A stretch of DNA of 64,000 bases, taken from contig PEAF01000004.1 of NCBI GenBank assembly GCA_002753465.1, positions 474 to 64,473 of the forward strand, read 5' to 3'. Numbering within the stretch: the first letter of the stretch is position 1; each line of letters opens with the position of its first letter. This document shows positions 1-9,101 of the stretch, one piece after another. This stretch comes from Candidatus Omnitrophota bacterium (GTDB lineage Bacteria > Omnitrophota > Gorgyraeia > Zapsychrales > Fredricksoniimonadaceae). The notes under the pieces are model-generated. The model was not told the origin of the DNA, searched no databases, and saw only the letters and a list, made by a program, of their open reading frames with translations. The position numbers were made by a program, and so were the translations under genes.

Positions 1-1
1 G

Positions 2-469
2 GATGATTTTATTTATGGGTTCTGGGATTCCCATGAGCTTTGCCTCCTTAAAGGTGTTGCACGCGATGAAGTTAAAAAGGCCATTGTGGATGGCCGGAGC
101 ATTTCACTGTGTTTTCCGGAACATAATATTTATTGTTCCGGTATCGTGGGAAGCCTGATCGGTACAGCGACGGGGACTGCCTGGGCGCTCAAGCATCAGG
201 GTAAAAAGGGGCGTGTATTCCTGTTCTGTGGTGACATGTCTTCTGAAACAGGTATTTTTCACGAGGCGGTGAAGTATGCCGTGAATTTCGATCTTCCGGC
301 CGTCTTTGTCGTTTCTGACAATGGACTAAGTGTTATGACGGATACACGCGCTTCCTGGGGGTCGTCTGAGCCGTGGTTCAAAGGAACGCGCTTTGAGAGC
401 AAGATAGAATATTTTAAGTACAAGAATGGCTGGCCGCATTCAGGGCTCGGAAAGTTGATCAAGTTTTAA
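2..469 (+). CDS. TPP-dependent enzyme, PP-domain subunit (E1-alpha / transketolase N-terminal-like); 5'-truncated by the window edge
   Basis: Frame 2 is open from base 2 with no stop before the listed Met at 86. TPP-binding GD..N motif: FCGDMSSETGIFHEAVKYAVNFDLPAVFVVSDNG. Confidence 0.6.
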   Translation, partial: DDFIYGFWDSHELCLLKGVARDEVKKAIVDGRSISLCFPEHNIYCSGIVGSLIGTATGTAWALKHQGKKGRVFLFCGDMSSETGIFHEAVKYAVNFDLPAVFVVSDNGLSVMTDTRASWGSSEPWFKGTRFESKIEYFKYKNGWPHSGLGKLIKF

Positions 470-470
470 A

Positions 471-1007
471 ATGAAATACTTCGATGAACTCAAACGCACC
501 ATGGAATGGCTCGCCGGGAACCCGAAGGTGATCTTCGTGGGTCAGACGGCGGGCGTGCCGGGTACTTTCATGTATCAGACCTTGCGTGATGTTCCCAAGG
601 AAAAAGCCATTGAATTTCCCGTTAATGAAAGTTTTCAGATGCAGTTCACGCTGGGGCTGGCATTGGGAGGATATATTCCCGTCAGCATTTATCCGCGGCA
701 GAATTTCCTGCTTCTGGCAGCGGGGGATATGGCTAATATGGTTGACAAATTCAAGGACCTGACATGTGGCCAGGTCAGCCCGCGCATGATCATCCGTGTG
801 GCCGTGGGACCGGATAAGCCGGTACATCCGGGGCATCAGCATATCGGTAACTATGCCGAGGCTTTTCGCGCCATGTTCCATGAGATCGAGGTCGTGGAAC
901 TCAATGAGCCGGGTGATATTTTTCCCGCGTATGAGCAGGCGCTCATGCGTCCTGACCCCAAACCCATGCTCCTTATTGAGCACGGCAATTATTATAACGA
1001 CAAATAA
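471..1007 (+). CDS. TPP-dependent enzyme, Pyr-domain subunit (E1-beta / transketolase-like)
   Basis: PVNESFQMQFTLGLALGG resembles the catalytic-Glu Pyr-domain motif of E1-beta. Only a 1-nt gap separates it from the upstream PP-domain partner. Confidence 0.6.
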   Translation: MKYFDELKRTMEWLAGNPKVIFVGQTAGVPGTFMYQTLRDVPKEKAIEFPVNESFQMQFTLGLALGGYIPVSIYPRQNFLLLAAGDMANMVDKFKDLTCGQVSPRMIIRVAVGPDKPVHPGHQHIGNYAEAFRAMFHEIEVVELNEPGDIFPAYEQALMRPDPKPMLLIEHGNYYNDK

Positions 1008-1933
1008 TGAAACTGACACCGCAGACAAAGATCGTAATCGTAGGCAACGGGGATATCAGTGAGGTTTCCCTGAGGCATCATTTTACGGCCAACGGCTTTC
1101 TGCAGGTTTATCCGGAAAAAGCATTTGATCCTTTGCATAGCGGTAGTACGCGGGATTTCTTTGAACGTGAGCGGCCTGACATTGTGATACTGACGTCCGT
1201 GCGATCGGGCGGAATCGGGGTCAATCAGGAAAAACCGGCCGAGTTCATTCATGACAATCTTATGGCGCAGATGAATGTTATCGATACTTCTTATCGTGCG
1301 GGCGTTAAGAAACTTTTATTCCTTGCTGCATCTTGCGTTTATCCCAAACAATGCCCGCAGCCGATCAAGGAAGAATATTTTTTGACAGGGGCTATGGAGT
1401 CTTCCAGTCTGGCTTACTCAACGGCCAAAGCGGCAGGCGTTGTGATGTGCCAGGCCTATCACCGTCAGTACGGGTTTAATGCGATCGTTGCCGTGCCGGC
1501 CACGGTCTATGGGCCCGGGGGACACGCCAACATTGAAGAAGCGCATGTGCTGGGGGCCTTGATCGGAAAATTTGACCGCGCCGTACGTGAAGGTGTTCCT
1601 GCTGTCGGGTTGTGGGGGACGGGTGAGCCTAAACGCGAATTCATTTTCGGGAATGATCTGGCCGCAGCATGTGTTTTTCTGCTGGAAGACTATGATGATG
1701 AGGGCATTATCAATATAGGCCGCAGTGAGGAAATATCGATCAAGGAATTAGCCAGGATCGTCGCGGATGCGGCCGGGTTTAAGGGTGATATTATCTGGGA
1801 TGCCACCAAGCCTGACGGTACGATGCGCAAGCTTCTTGATACATCCCACCTGAGGTCCATGGGGTGGATGGCCAAAATGCCGTTAAGGGAAGGCATAGTC
1901 AAGACTTTTGCGGCGTTACGTCATGGCCGCTAG
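1007..1933 (+). CDS. GDP-L-fucose synthase / GDP-L-colitose synthase (Fcl/ColC) family SDR
   Basis: Colinear with recalled E. coli Fcl: LLFLAASCVYPK, YSTAK (YxxxK), WGTGEPKREFIFGNDLAAA, KPDGTMRKLLD. TAATG 1-nt overlap with the upstream stop. The N-terminal glycine motif is degenerate (VGNGDISEV). Confidence 0.65.
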   Translation: MKLTPQTKIVIVGNGDISEVSLRHHFTANGFLQVYPEKAFDPLHSGSTRDFFERERPDIVILTSVRSGGIGVNQEKPAEFIHDNLMAQMNVIDTSYRAGVKKLLFLAASCVYPKQCPQPIKEEYFLTGAMESSSLAYSTAKAAGVVMCQAYHRQYGFNAIVAVPATVYGPGGHANIEEAHVLGALIGKFDRAVREGVPAVGLWGTGEPKREFIFGNDLAAACVFLLEDYDDEGIINIGRSEEISIKELARIVADAAGFKGDIIWDATKPDGTMRKLLDTSHLRSMGWMAKMPLREGIVKTFAALRHGR

Positions 1934-1960
1934 ATCTTTTGAACCACGCCAGGAGAACGG

Positions 1961-3331
1961 GTGCTGCGTCTATTAAAATTTCTGCCATTTGTTCTTTTGA
2001 TATTTTACTGGGCTTATCTTGTCCGAGCCACTCAACCCCTCGTTATTTATGATGCGATCGGGTATCAGGATGCCGGCCGTCTTTTAATGGAACAAGGATG
2101 GGGTGCTTATTTCAAGGGCCTTAACCGTGAACCGCTTTTTCCGTTGATGATCTCGATCGCAATGCGCCTTGAGCACAGTGTGGGCATTGGCTATACGTAT
2201 ATTCTTAAAACCTTTCTTTTGGTCGAACTGGCTTTGGCGATGACAGGGACTTACCATCTGGCGCGATCATTGGGCGCTCGACGGTTGTGGGCGGGTATGG
2301 GTGCATTTTATCTGGGGATGTCCCCGGCCATTCTTAACAGTACGCTGTGGTTGTGGTCGGAAGCAGCTATTTATCCCTTTGTTGTTTGGGGCGTTATCTG
2401 GATGATCCGTACCTGGCGTGAAATGAAACGTGCATGCCGGGTCGATCGCCTTGCCGGGCATGCGGCGCTGACAGCGACGTTGTTTATCCTGGCGGCGATG
2501 GTCAAGGCGCCGGTGGCTACCGTGTTTGTCGCGTTGCTCTTGCCGTTTTATGCGGCGGTTGTCCATGGCTTTTGGGTAAAGGATGGACGCGGTGCACTAA
2601 GGGCGGTTTTTGTCAGTGCGATTTGCCTTTTGATGATGGGCGCGTATGTTGAGAATTATAAATTCCTGAATTGGCGCGGTAATGGTCATTACGCGATCAC
2701 CAACCGGGCTGATCTGGCGCTTTTTGGCAATACGGTGCGGCGGCTGGATCCGGAGGCGTTAAAAAGGATCCCCGAAGCGGTTTTGTCTGTTCCCAGGCTT
2801 GTGATATGTGAGCGTTATTACGGGCGCTCATGCGGTTATTGGGGGTATGCTACATCTGATAATATTAATGAGCAGTATGCTCAGAAATTGGCCGCCCGGG
2901 GATTTTCTGATATTCAGCGGCAAGAGTTCTTTTTCAGTACGGCATTCCGCCTGATGCGGGAACATCCTTTTCAGGAAGCCTTCTTTTCTGTCATTGAGGG
3001 CATGAAAATGTTCTTTTGGGAGAACAGGCTGTTTTTCGTGAAGTACCCCGATTGGCTGGTGCGGGTCTATTCTCATAATGTGTTGGTTTTAACGCTGTGT
3101 TTTTCGGGGGCTGTTTTGAGTTTGATCGCATTATGCCGCGCGATATTTCTGGCGGTGCGCCGGCGCTTGATGCCGCAGGTATTCGCTGTACTTTTTGTAG
3201 GCTGTTTTATAGGTTCATATGCTTTGTTTTTTGTTGATATCCGGTATGGGTTCCCGTTAGCGCCCGTCTTTATAGCCATGATCGCGGCCATAGGCGTCAG
3301 GGAACATAATGAAAAAGGGGAATGGGCATGA
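1961..3331 (+). CDS. Polytopic membrane protein, GT-C (ArnT/PMT-like) glycosyltransferase candidate
   Basis: GTG start and many hydrophobic segments. An early loop NREPLFPLMISI resembles the ArnT/PMT_2 family. Sits in a glycan cluster. Confidence 0.45.
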   Translation: MLRLLKFLPFVLLIFYWAYLVRATQPLVIYDAIGYQDAGRLLMEQGWGAYFKGLNREPLFPLMISIAMRLEHSVGIGYTYILKTFLLVELALAMTGTYHLARSLGARRLWAGMGAFYLGMSPAILNSTLWLWSEAAIYPFVVWGVIWMIRTWREMKRACRVDRLAGHAALTATLFILAAMVKAPVATVFVALLLPFYAAVVHGFWVKDGRGALRAVFVSAICLLMMGAYVENYKFLNWRGNGHYAITNRADLALFGNTVRRLDPEALKRIPEAVLSVPRLVICERYYGRSCGYWGYATSDNINEQYAQKLAARGFSDIQRQEFFFSTAFRLMREHPFQEAFFSVIEGMKMFFWENRLFFVKYPDWLVRVYSHNVLVLTLCFSGAVLSLIALCRAIFLAVRRRLMPQVFAVLFVGCFIGSYALFFVDIRYGFPLAPVFIAMIAAIGVREHNEKGEWA

Positions 3332-4260
3332 AGATATTAGTGACAGGGGGAGCAGGGTATTTGGGGTCAGTCATGGTGCCGCGTCTTTTAGAAGCCGGGC
3401 ATGAGGTTGTCGTGATCGATAATTTTATGTATAACCAGACGCCTCTTTTGGAAGTTTGTCATCATGATAAGCTGACCATCATGCGCGGGGATGCACGCGA
3501 TAAAGGTCTTGTGGGCAAGGTTTTAAAGAACATGGATGCGGTTTTCCCATTGGCATGTCTGACGGGGGCTCCGTTATGCGCGAAAGACCCTGTGGGCGCG
3601 CAGACGGTATTACTCGATGCCGTGAAAATGATCGTTGATATGTCTTCCAAGGATCAGCGTATCATATTCCCGACGACCAACAGCGGTTATGGGTTGGGGG
3701 AGAAGGGTAAATTCTGTACGGAGGAAACGCCCTTGCGGCCTATTTCTTTATACGGACGTCTTAAGGTCGATGCCGAGAAAGTCGTTCTGGACAGCGGGCA
3801 CGGGATCACCTTGCGCCTGGCCACGGCTTTCGGTTCAAGCCCGCGCATGCGCCTTGACCTTCTGGTGAATGATTTTACGTACCGCGCGGTCAATGACCGC
3901 TTCATTGTCCTTTTTGAAGCGCATTTTAAACGGAACTTTATCCATACGCGTGATGTGGCCAAGGCCTTCATGTATAGTCTGGAGCATTTCGATCAAATGA
4001 AGAATGAGCCGTACAATGTGGGGCTTTCCGACGCTAATCTAAGCAAGATGGAGCTGTGCGAACAGATCAAGAAACATGTTCCTGATTTTTATTTTGTTGA
4101 GGCAGCCGTGGGCGAGGACCCGGACAAGCGTGATTACATTGTTTCAAATGAGAAGATCGAGCGCGCCGGCTATAAGCCTGATGTGTCTTTATCGGGCGGG
4201 ATCAAAGAACTTGTGAAAGCGTATCAGATCCTTAAGCGTAATCAATTCGCTAATGTTTAA
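3322..4260 (+). CDS. NAD-dependent epimerase/dehydratase (extended SDR)
   Basis: KILVTGGAGYLGS Rossmann motif and YGRLK (YxxxK). Alternative ATG at 3328. Confidence 0.7.
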   Translation: MGMKILVTGGAGYLGSVMVPRLLEAGHEVVVIDNFMYNQTPLLEVCHHDKLTIMRGDARDKGLVGKVLKNMDAVFPLACLTGAPLCAKDPVGAQTVLLDAVKMIVDMSSKDQRIIFPTTNSGYGLGEKGKFCTEETPLRPISLYGRLKVDAEKVVLDSGHGITLRLATAFGSSPRMRLDLLVNDFTYRAVNDRFIVLFEAHFKRNFIHTRDVAKAFMYSLEHFDQMKNEPYNVGLSDANLSKMELCEQIKKHVPDFYFVEAAVGEDPDKRDYIVSNEKIERAGYKPDVSLSGGIKELVKAYQILKRNQFANV

Positions 4261-4276
4261 CCGGGGTTAATTTCCT

Positions 4277-5275
4277 ATGATCATCAGCCGAACACCGTTC
4301 CGTATTTCATTTTTCGGCGGCGGCACCGATTATCCGGCCTGGTTCAAGGATAATCCAGGTGCGGTCCTGGCGACCAGCATTGATAAGTACTGTTATATTA
4401 CAGCGCGTTATCTGCCGCCTTTTTTCGATCATCGTTCACGCATCATTTATTCCAAAATGGAACATGTGCAGACGGTGGATGAGATCAATCATCCGGCGGT
4501 ACGCGAAACACTGCGTTTTTTGAATATTCATCAGGGCATTGAGATCCATCATGACGGCGACCTCCCGGCGCGCACCGGGCTTGGGTCAAGCTCGGCGTTC
4601 ACGGTAGGGCTTTTGAATTCTCTTTATGCGCTTAAAGGGATCATGCCCACCAAGGAGCAGTTGGCGCGTGAGGCGATCCATATTGAGCAGGATATGATCA
4701 GGGAGAATGTCGGGTGTCAGGACCAGGTCCTCGCGGCCCATGGCGGGTTCAATTACATTGAATTCGGCGGGGATGGGCATTTGAGTGTGCGTAAGATCAC
4801 GGTAACGAAAGAGAATCTTGCTGTGCTGCACAGCCACATGATGCTTTTTTTCACCGGGTTCTCGCGTACGGCCTCCGAGATCGCGGTGCATCAGATCCAG
4901 AATATCCCCAAGCGCAAGAAGGAACTTACAGCCATGCAGGCAATGGTCATGGAGGCGGTCAGGGCCTTGAATGCCTGCGACTGGGAGAAGTTCGGTGAAC
5001 TTTTGCATGAGAGCTGGCTGTTAAAGCGAACGCTGTCTGATAAGATCACGACGGGACATATTGACGGCATCTATGAACGCGCGCTGAAAGCAGGCGCTCT
5101 GGGGGGCAAGTTGCTGGGGGCTGGCGGCGGTGGCTTTGTATTGATCTATGCCAGGCCGGACCAGAAAGAAGCGGTACGTGCCGCCCTAAGTGATCTTCTG
5201 GAAATACCTTTCAAGTTTGAAACTCTGGGCAGCCAGATCATTTTTTATCAACCTAACAGCGGTGTGGTGGTTTAA
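4277..5275 (+). CDS. hddA: GHMP kinase, D-glycero-alpha-D-manno-heptose-7-phosphate kinase-like
   Basis: N-terminal RTPFRISFFGGGTDYP and GHMP motif PARTGLGSSSAF. Directly followed by a nucleotidyltransferase, as in hddA-hddC pairs. Confidence 0.7.
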   Translation: MIISRTPFRISFFGGGTDYPAWFKDNPGAVLATSIDKYCYITARYLPPFFDHRSRIIYSKMEHVQTVDEINHPAVRETLRFLNIHQGIEIHHDGDLPARTGLGSSSAFTVGLLNSLYALKGIMPTKEQLAREAIHIEQDMIRENVGCQDQVLAAHGGFNYIEFGGDGHLSVRKITVTKENLAVLHSHMMLFFTGFSRTASEIAVHQIQNIPKRKKELTAMQAMVMEAVRALNACDWEKFGELLHESWLLKRTLSDKITTGHIDGIYERALKAGALGGKLLGAGGGGFVLIYARPDQKEAVRAALSDLLEIPFKFETLGSQIIFYQPNSGVVV

Positions 5276-5977
5276 ATGAAAGCAGATTTTCTTATTCTTT
5301 GCGGCGGGCTTGGAACGCGCTTGCGTGCCGTGACGGGCGATACACCCAAGGTGATGGCTGAGGTGCAGGGCGAGCCATTCCTTGATTTTTTGTTACGTTA
5401 TCTCATCAAACAGGGGGCCCAGCGTATTATTTTATGCGCTGGGTATAAGGCCGAATCGATCGCGGCGCATTACAAGGCCAAGTTCAGTCAGGTCGAGATC
5501 CATTTTTCGGTCGAGAATGAGCCGCTGGGCACGGGGGGTGCGCTTAAGAATGCGGCATCCTTCATTAAAAATGAGCATGTGTTCGCGCTCAACGGCGATT
5601 GTTTTACGCCGGTTAAATACGCCAAACTTCTGGCGTTCCATCAAAAACATCAGGCTCACGCCACTTTGACGGCCGTCCGTGTTGACGGCAATAAAGATTT
5701 CGGGACCATTGTCAGCAACGATAAGCTTGAGATCGTGGCGTTCAAAGAGAAATTCGTGACGGATGAAGTGCAGTACATCAATGCCGGCGTTTATTGTTTC
5801 AATAAAGATGTTTTTGATCTCATGCCGACAGGGAAGTTCTCGATCGAGTATAATTTCTTTCCGAAGATGATCGGTAAGAAGTTTATGTCCTATCAAGTGG
5901 ACGCGCCTTTTATTGATATTGGGACGCCAGAACGTTTTGAGTGGGCCAAGGCGCATTTGAATGAGATGCTTGATTGA
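5276..5977 (+). CDS. hddC: Sugar-1-phosphate nucleotidyltransferase, heptose-1-phosphate guanylyltransferase-like
   Basis: LILCGGLGTRLR G-loop. Starts 1 nt after the hddA stop. Confidence 0.65.
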   Translation: MKADFLILCGGLGTRLRAVTGDTPKVMAEVQGEPFLDFLLRYLIKQGAQRIILCAGYKAESIAAHYKAKFSQVEIHFSVENEPLGTGGALKNAASFIKNEHVFALNGDCFTPVKYAKLLAFHQKHQAHATLTAVRVDGNKDFGTIVSNDKLEIVAFKEKFVTDEVQYINAGVYCFNKDVFDLMPTGKFSIEYNFFPKMIGKKFMSYQVDAPFIDIGTPERFEWAKAHLNEMLD

Positions 5978-6120
5978 TTCGCCAAGCTATAGCCCTTGTT
6001 CATGCCCTGTGGCTCAGACAGTCCTCGCGCATCCATTTTTGAAGAATGTTGAATGAGGAAGGAAAATGGATGGCTGCGGAACTCGCCCTTAGGGCATGAA
6101 CGGCGGGCTGCTTGTCGAAT
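5978..6120 (+). repeat. Structured intergenic repeat, copy 1 (long imperfect hairpin)
   Basis: ttcgccaagctatagcccttgttcatgccctgtggctcagacagtcctcgcgcatcc...ggatggctgcggaactcgcccttagggcatgaacggcgggctgcttgtcgaat. Near-identical to 50254-50400 and 53523-53676. Confidence 0.9.
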
Positions 6121-6139
6121 CTTAAATGCAGGTTAAAAT

Positions 6140-7309
6140 ATGAAAATACAAGAAGGCCAGGAGTCAAAAAAGGCGGGGTACAGGGTTCCTTTCGGGACCG
6201 TGTCGATCACGCCCAAAGCGCGCAAACTTATTAACGAAGCCCTGGATACCGGTTGGGTGACCAAGGGGAAATATGTTAAAGAGTTCGAGGATAAGTTCGC
6301 GGCTCTTTTCGGTGTAAAACATGGCATTGCTGTTTCAAGCGGAACGGATGCCGATGCTTTGGCTTGTGCGGCTTTATATGATCTTGGCGCTCGGCGCGGC
6401 GATGAGGTCCTGGTGCCCTCGCTGTCTTTCATAGCGACGGGCAATTCTGTATTTCAGGCTGGCTTGACACCGGTCTTTGTGGATGTTGATCGCACAACGC
6501 TTAACATTGATCCACTTAAGATCGAGGCGAAGATCACACCCAGGACCCGCGCGATCATGCCGGTCCATTTGATGGGTAAACCTGCGGATATGAACGCCGT
6601 AAGGATGATCGCGAAAAAACATAATCTGCGCATTATTGAAGATGCCGCTGAGGCACATGGAGCAGAGTATCATGGCGAGAAAGTCGGGGCCATGGGGGAT
6701 ATGGCCTGTTTCAGCCTTTATGCCGCGCATATTGTTACGACCATTGAAGGCGGCATGATCCTGACGGATTCCGACAAGATCGCTGAGGTTCTTAAGTCAC
6801 TACGCAATCACGGGATGACCGGAAAATTTACCTTTGAACGCATCGGGTTTTCGGCTAAAATGAACGAACTCGAAGCGGCTGTTGGGCTTGGGAACATTGA
6901 TATTTTCAATGATATCCTTTCTAAACGTCGCAGGAACATGTTGTACCTGATCGAAAAGTTCAGAAAATTCAGCAAGTTTTTTATCACACTGACAGAAGAC
7001 AGCCACGAAAAGCTCGGGCCGCATGCATTTTCGATCATTGTCCGTGAAGGTGCCGGCTTTAGTAAAGATGACCTCGTGGCGCATTTAGAAGCGAATGGGG
7101 TCGATTCGCGCAATCTGTTTTATTCCATGCCGACGCAATGTCCTAGTTATGCTTTTTTAGGGTATAAACTGGGGGATTTCCCCGAGGCTGAATTTTGCAG
7201 TGATCACGGGACCCATATCGGCATTCATCAGGATATCGGGATAGAGCAGTTGGATCATGTTGTAGTTGTAGTTGAGGGGTTTCTTAAGAAAAAAGGAGTT
7301 TCCTATTAA
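6140..7309 (+). CDS. DegT/DnrJ/EryC1 family PLP/PMP enzyme; His replaces the active-site Lys, as in ColD/E1-type sugar 3-dehydratases
   Basis: YVKEFEDKFAALFGVKHGIAVSSGTDA, GDEVLVPSLSF and EDAAEAHGA. FSLYAAHIVTTIEGG aligns to recalled ColD FSSFYSHHIATMEGG, with His where aminotransferases carry Lys. Confidence 0.75.
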   Translation: MKIQEGQESKKAGYRVPFGTVSITPKARKLINEALDTGWVTKGKYVKEFEDKFAALFGVKHGIAVSSGTDADALACAALYDLGARRGDEVLVPSLSFIATGNSVFQAGLTPVFVDVDRTTLNIDPLKIEAKITPRTRAIMPVHLMGKPADMNAVRMIAKKHNLRIIEDAAEAHGAEYHGEKVGAMGDMACFSLYAAHIVTTIEGGMILTDSDKIAEVLKSLRNHGMTGKFTFERIGFSAKMNELEAAVGLGNIDIFNDILSKRRRNMLYLIEKFRKFSKFFITLTEDSHEKLGPHAFSIIVREGAGFSKDDLVAHLEANGVDSRNLFYSMPTQCPSYAFLGYKLGDFPEAEFCSDHGTHIGIHQDIGIEQLDHVVVVVEGFLKKKGVSY

Positions 7310-7322
7310 AGATTATTTAAGA

Positions 7323-9101
7323 ATGATCTATCTGGCGCGCCGGAACTTCCAGTATCTTATCGGAGGTGTCGTGGCCATGCTGGTTTCCACGGTTTTTGAA
7401 GGGGCGCAGTTGGGAGCCATTGTTCCTTTGGCCGACCGTATTTTTAACAACAAACTTATCGTTCTTCCTAAAGGTATGCCGCCGTTTGTGATGGAGTGGG
7501 CGGAAAAGCTTAATGACCTTGACCGCAACCAGATCTTTTACGGCATTATCTTCATTATTCCGCTTTTTATTTTATTGAAGGGTGTTTGTTTTTATATTCA
7601 GGGCTACATGATGAATCAGGTGGCCCAGAAGTCCGTTGCTGATACGCGCGGCGATCTGTTCCGTAAATACCAGCAATTATCCCTGGATTTTTATAGCCAG
7701 AAGCGTCAGGGTGAACTCATGTCGCGCATCACGAATGATGCCGGGTTTATCGGCACCGCGATCTCGTATGGTTTGACGGATGTTGTCTATCAATCGTTCC
7801 TGGCTGTGATGTTCACTGTCATTGCGATCACGATCAGCTGGAAAATGGTGCTGATCGTGCTGGTTGTTTTTCCGCTGAATGCGCTGATGATCTATAGCAT
7901 CGGCAAAACGATCAAAAAGCAGTCGTTGTACTCCCAGGAGTCGATGGCTGACCTTAACTCCATACTTGCAGAAACAAATCAGGGCGTATCGATCGTTAAG
8001 GCTTTTTCACGTGAAGAGCATGAGATCGGGCGTTTTGATGAGATCAATAAGCGTTATTACAAATCTGTCGTTAAAGGTATCCGCCGTAACTTATTAATGA
8101 CGCCTGTCGCGGAACTGCTGGCCGCGATAGCGGTCGTTATCGTTTTCTGGGTGGGTGGAAAACAGGTCATGAAAGGCGATATGTCTTTTGGTGTTTTCCT
8201 GCTTTTCCTCACAGCCTTGATGAGCATTTTGCGTCCTATCAAAAAGTTGACCGCGGTGTATGGCATTATCCAGCAGGCGATTGCCTCAACGCAGCGGCTT
8301 TATGATATTTTCGACTGGAAGCCGTCTATCGTTGATTCACTGGCGGCAGTCGTGGCGCACCCTCCCGAGAAATATATCCGCTTTCATGATGTATCGTTCA
8401 AGTATGAGAAGAAGGAAGAACGCTGGATCATCAAGAATTTCTCGCATGATTTCGAGATCGGCAAGACCACGGCTTTGGTTGGTCCGACAGGTTGCGGTAA
8501 AACGACGATCATGAACATGATCTTGCGTTTCTATGATGCGGACAAGGGGGTCGTCCTTTTTGACGATCAGGATATCAAACAGGTCACGATCAATTCATTG
8601 CGCCAGCATGCCGGCCTGGTGACACAGGACATGATCCTTTTCAATGAGACCATCCGCGAGAATCTGCGTTATGGAAAACTGGATGCGACCGATCAGGAAC
8701 TTCATGAGGCAGCCCGTCAGGCACTGGCGTCCGAGTTCATTGACCGTTTGCCTAATGGATTGGATACCGTCGTGGGTGATCGCGGGTTCAAACTTTCCGG
8801 CGGACAGAAACAGCGCTTATGTATTGCGCGCGCTATTTTAAAGAATCCCAAGATCCTTCTTCTGGATGAAGCCACTTCAGCGCTGGATGCTGAAAGTGAA
8901 TATTTCGTTCAGCAGGCGCTGGATAATCTGATGAAGAACCGCACGGTCATTGTGATCGCGCACCGGCTTTCGACCATTCGCCACGCATCATGCATCATTG
9001 TGATGGATCAGGGGCGTGTGGTGCAAAAAGGCGAGCATGATGATCTTATGAAATCTTCGGAGCTTTACGCACGCCTGGCGAGTTATCATTTCAATCAATG
9101 A
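7323..9101 (+). CDS. ABC exporter, fused permease/ATPase (MsbA-like)
   Basis: Six-TM N-terminal half. Walker A GPTGCGKTT, signature LSGGQKQRLCIARA, Walker B ILLLDEATSALD. The track start at 7272 is TTG and overlaps the upstream gene; ATG 7323 is preferred. Confidence 0.8.
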   Translation: MIYLARRNFQYLIGGVVAMLVSTVFEGAQLGAIVPLADRIFNNKLIVLPKGMPPFVMEWAEKLNDLDRNQIFYGIIFIIPLFILLKGVCFYIQGYMMNQVAQKSVADTRGDLFRKYQQLSLDFYSQKRQGELMSRITNDAGFIGTAISYGLTDVVYQSFLAVMFTVIAITISWKMVLIVLVVFPLNALMIYSIGKTIKKQSLYSQESMADLNSILAETNQGVSIVKAFSREEHEIGRFDEINKRYYKSVVKGIRRNLLMTPVAELLAAIAVVIVFWVGGKQVMKGDMSFGVFLLFLTALMSILRPIKKLTAVYGIIQQAIASTQRLYDIFDWKPSIVDSLAAVVAHPPEKYIRFHDVSFKYEKKEERWIIKNFSHDFEIGKTTALVGPTGCGKTTIMNMILRFYDADKGVVLFDDQDIKQVTINSLRQHAGLVTQDMILFNETIRENLRYGKLDATDQELHEAARQALASEFIDRLPNGLDTVVGDRGFKLSGGQKQRLCIARAILKNPKILLLDEATSALDAESEYFVQQALDNLMKNRTVIVIAHRLSTIRHASCIIVMDQGRVVQKGEHDDLMKSSELYARLASYHFNQ

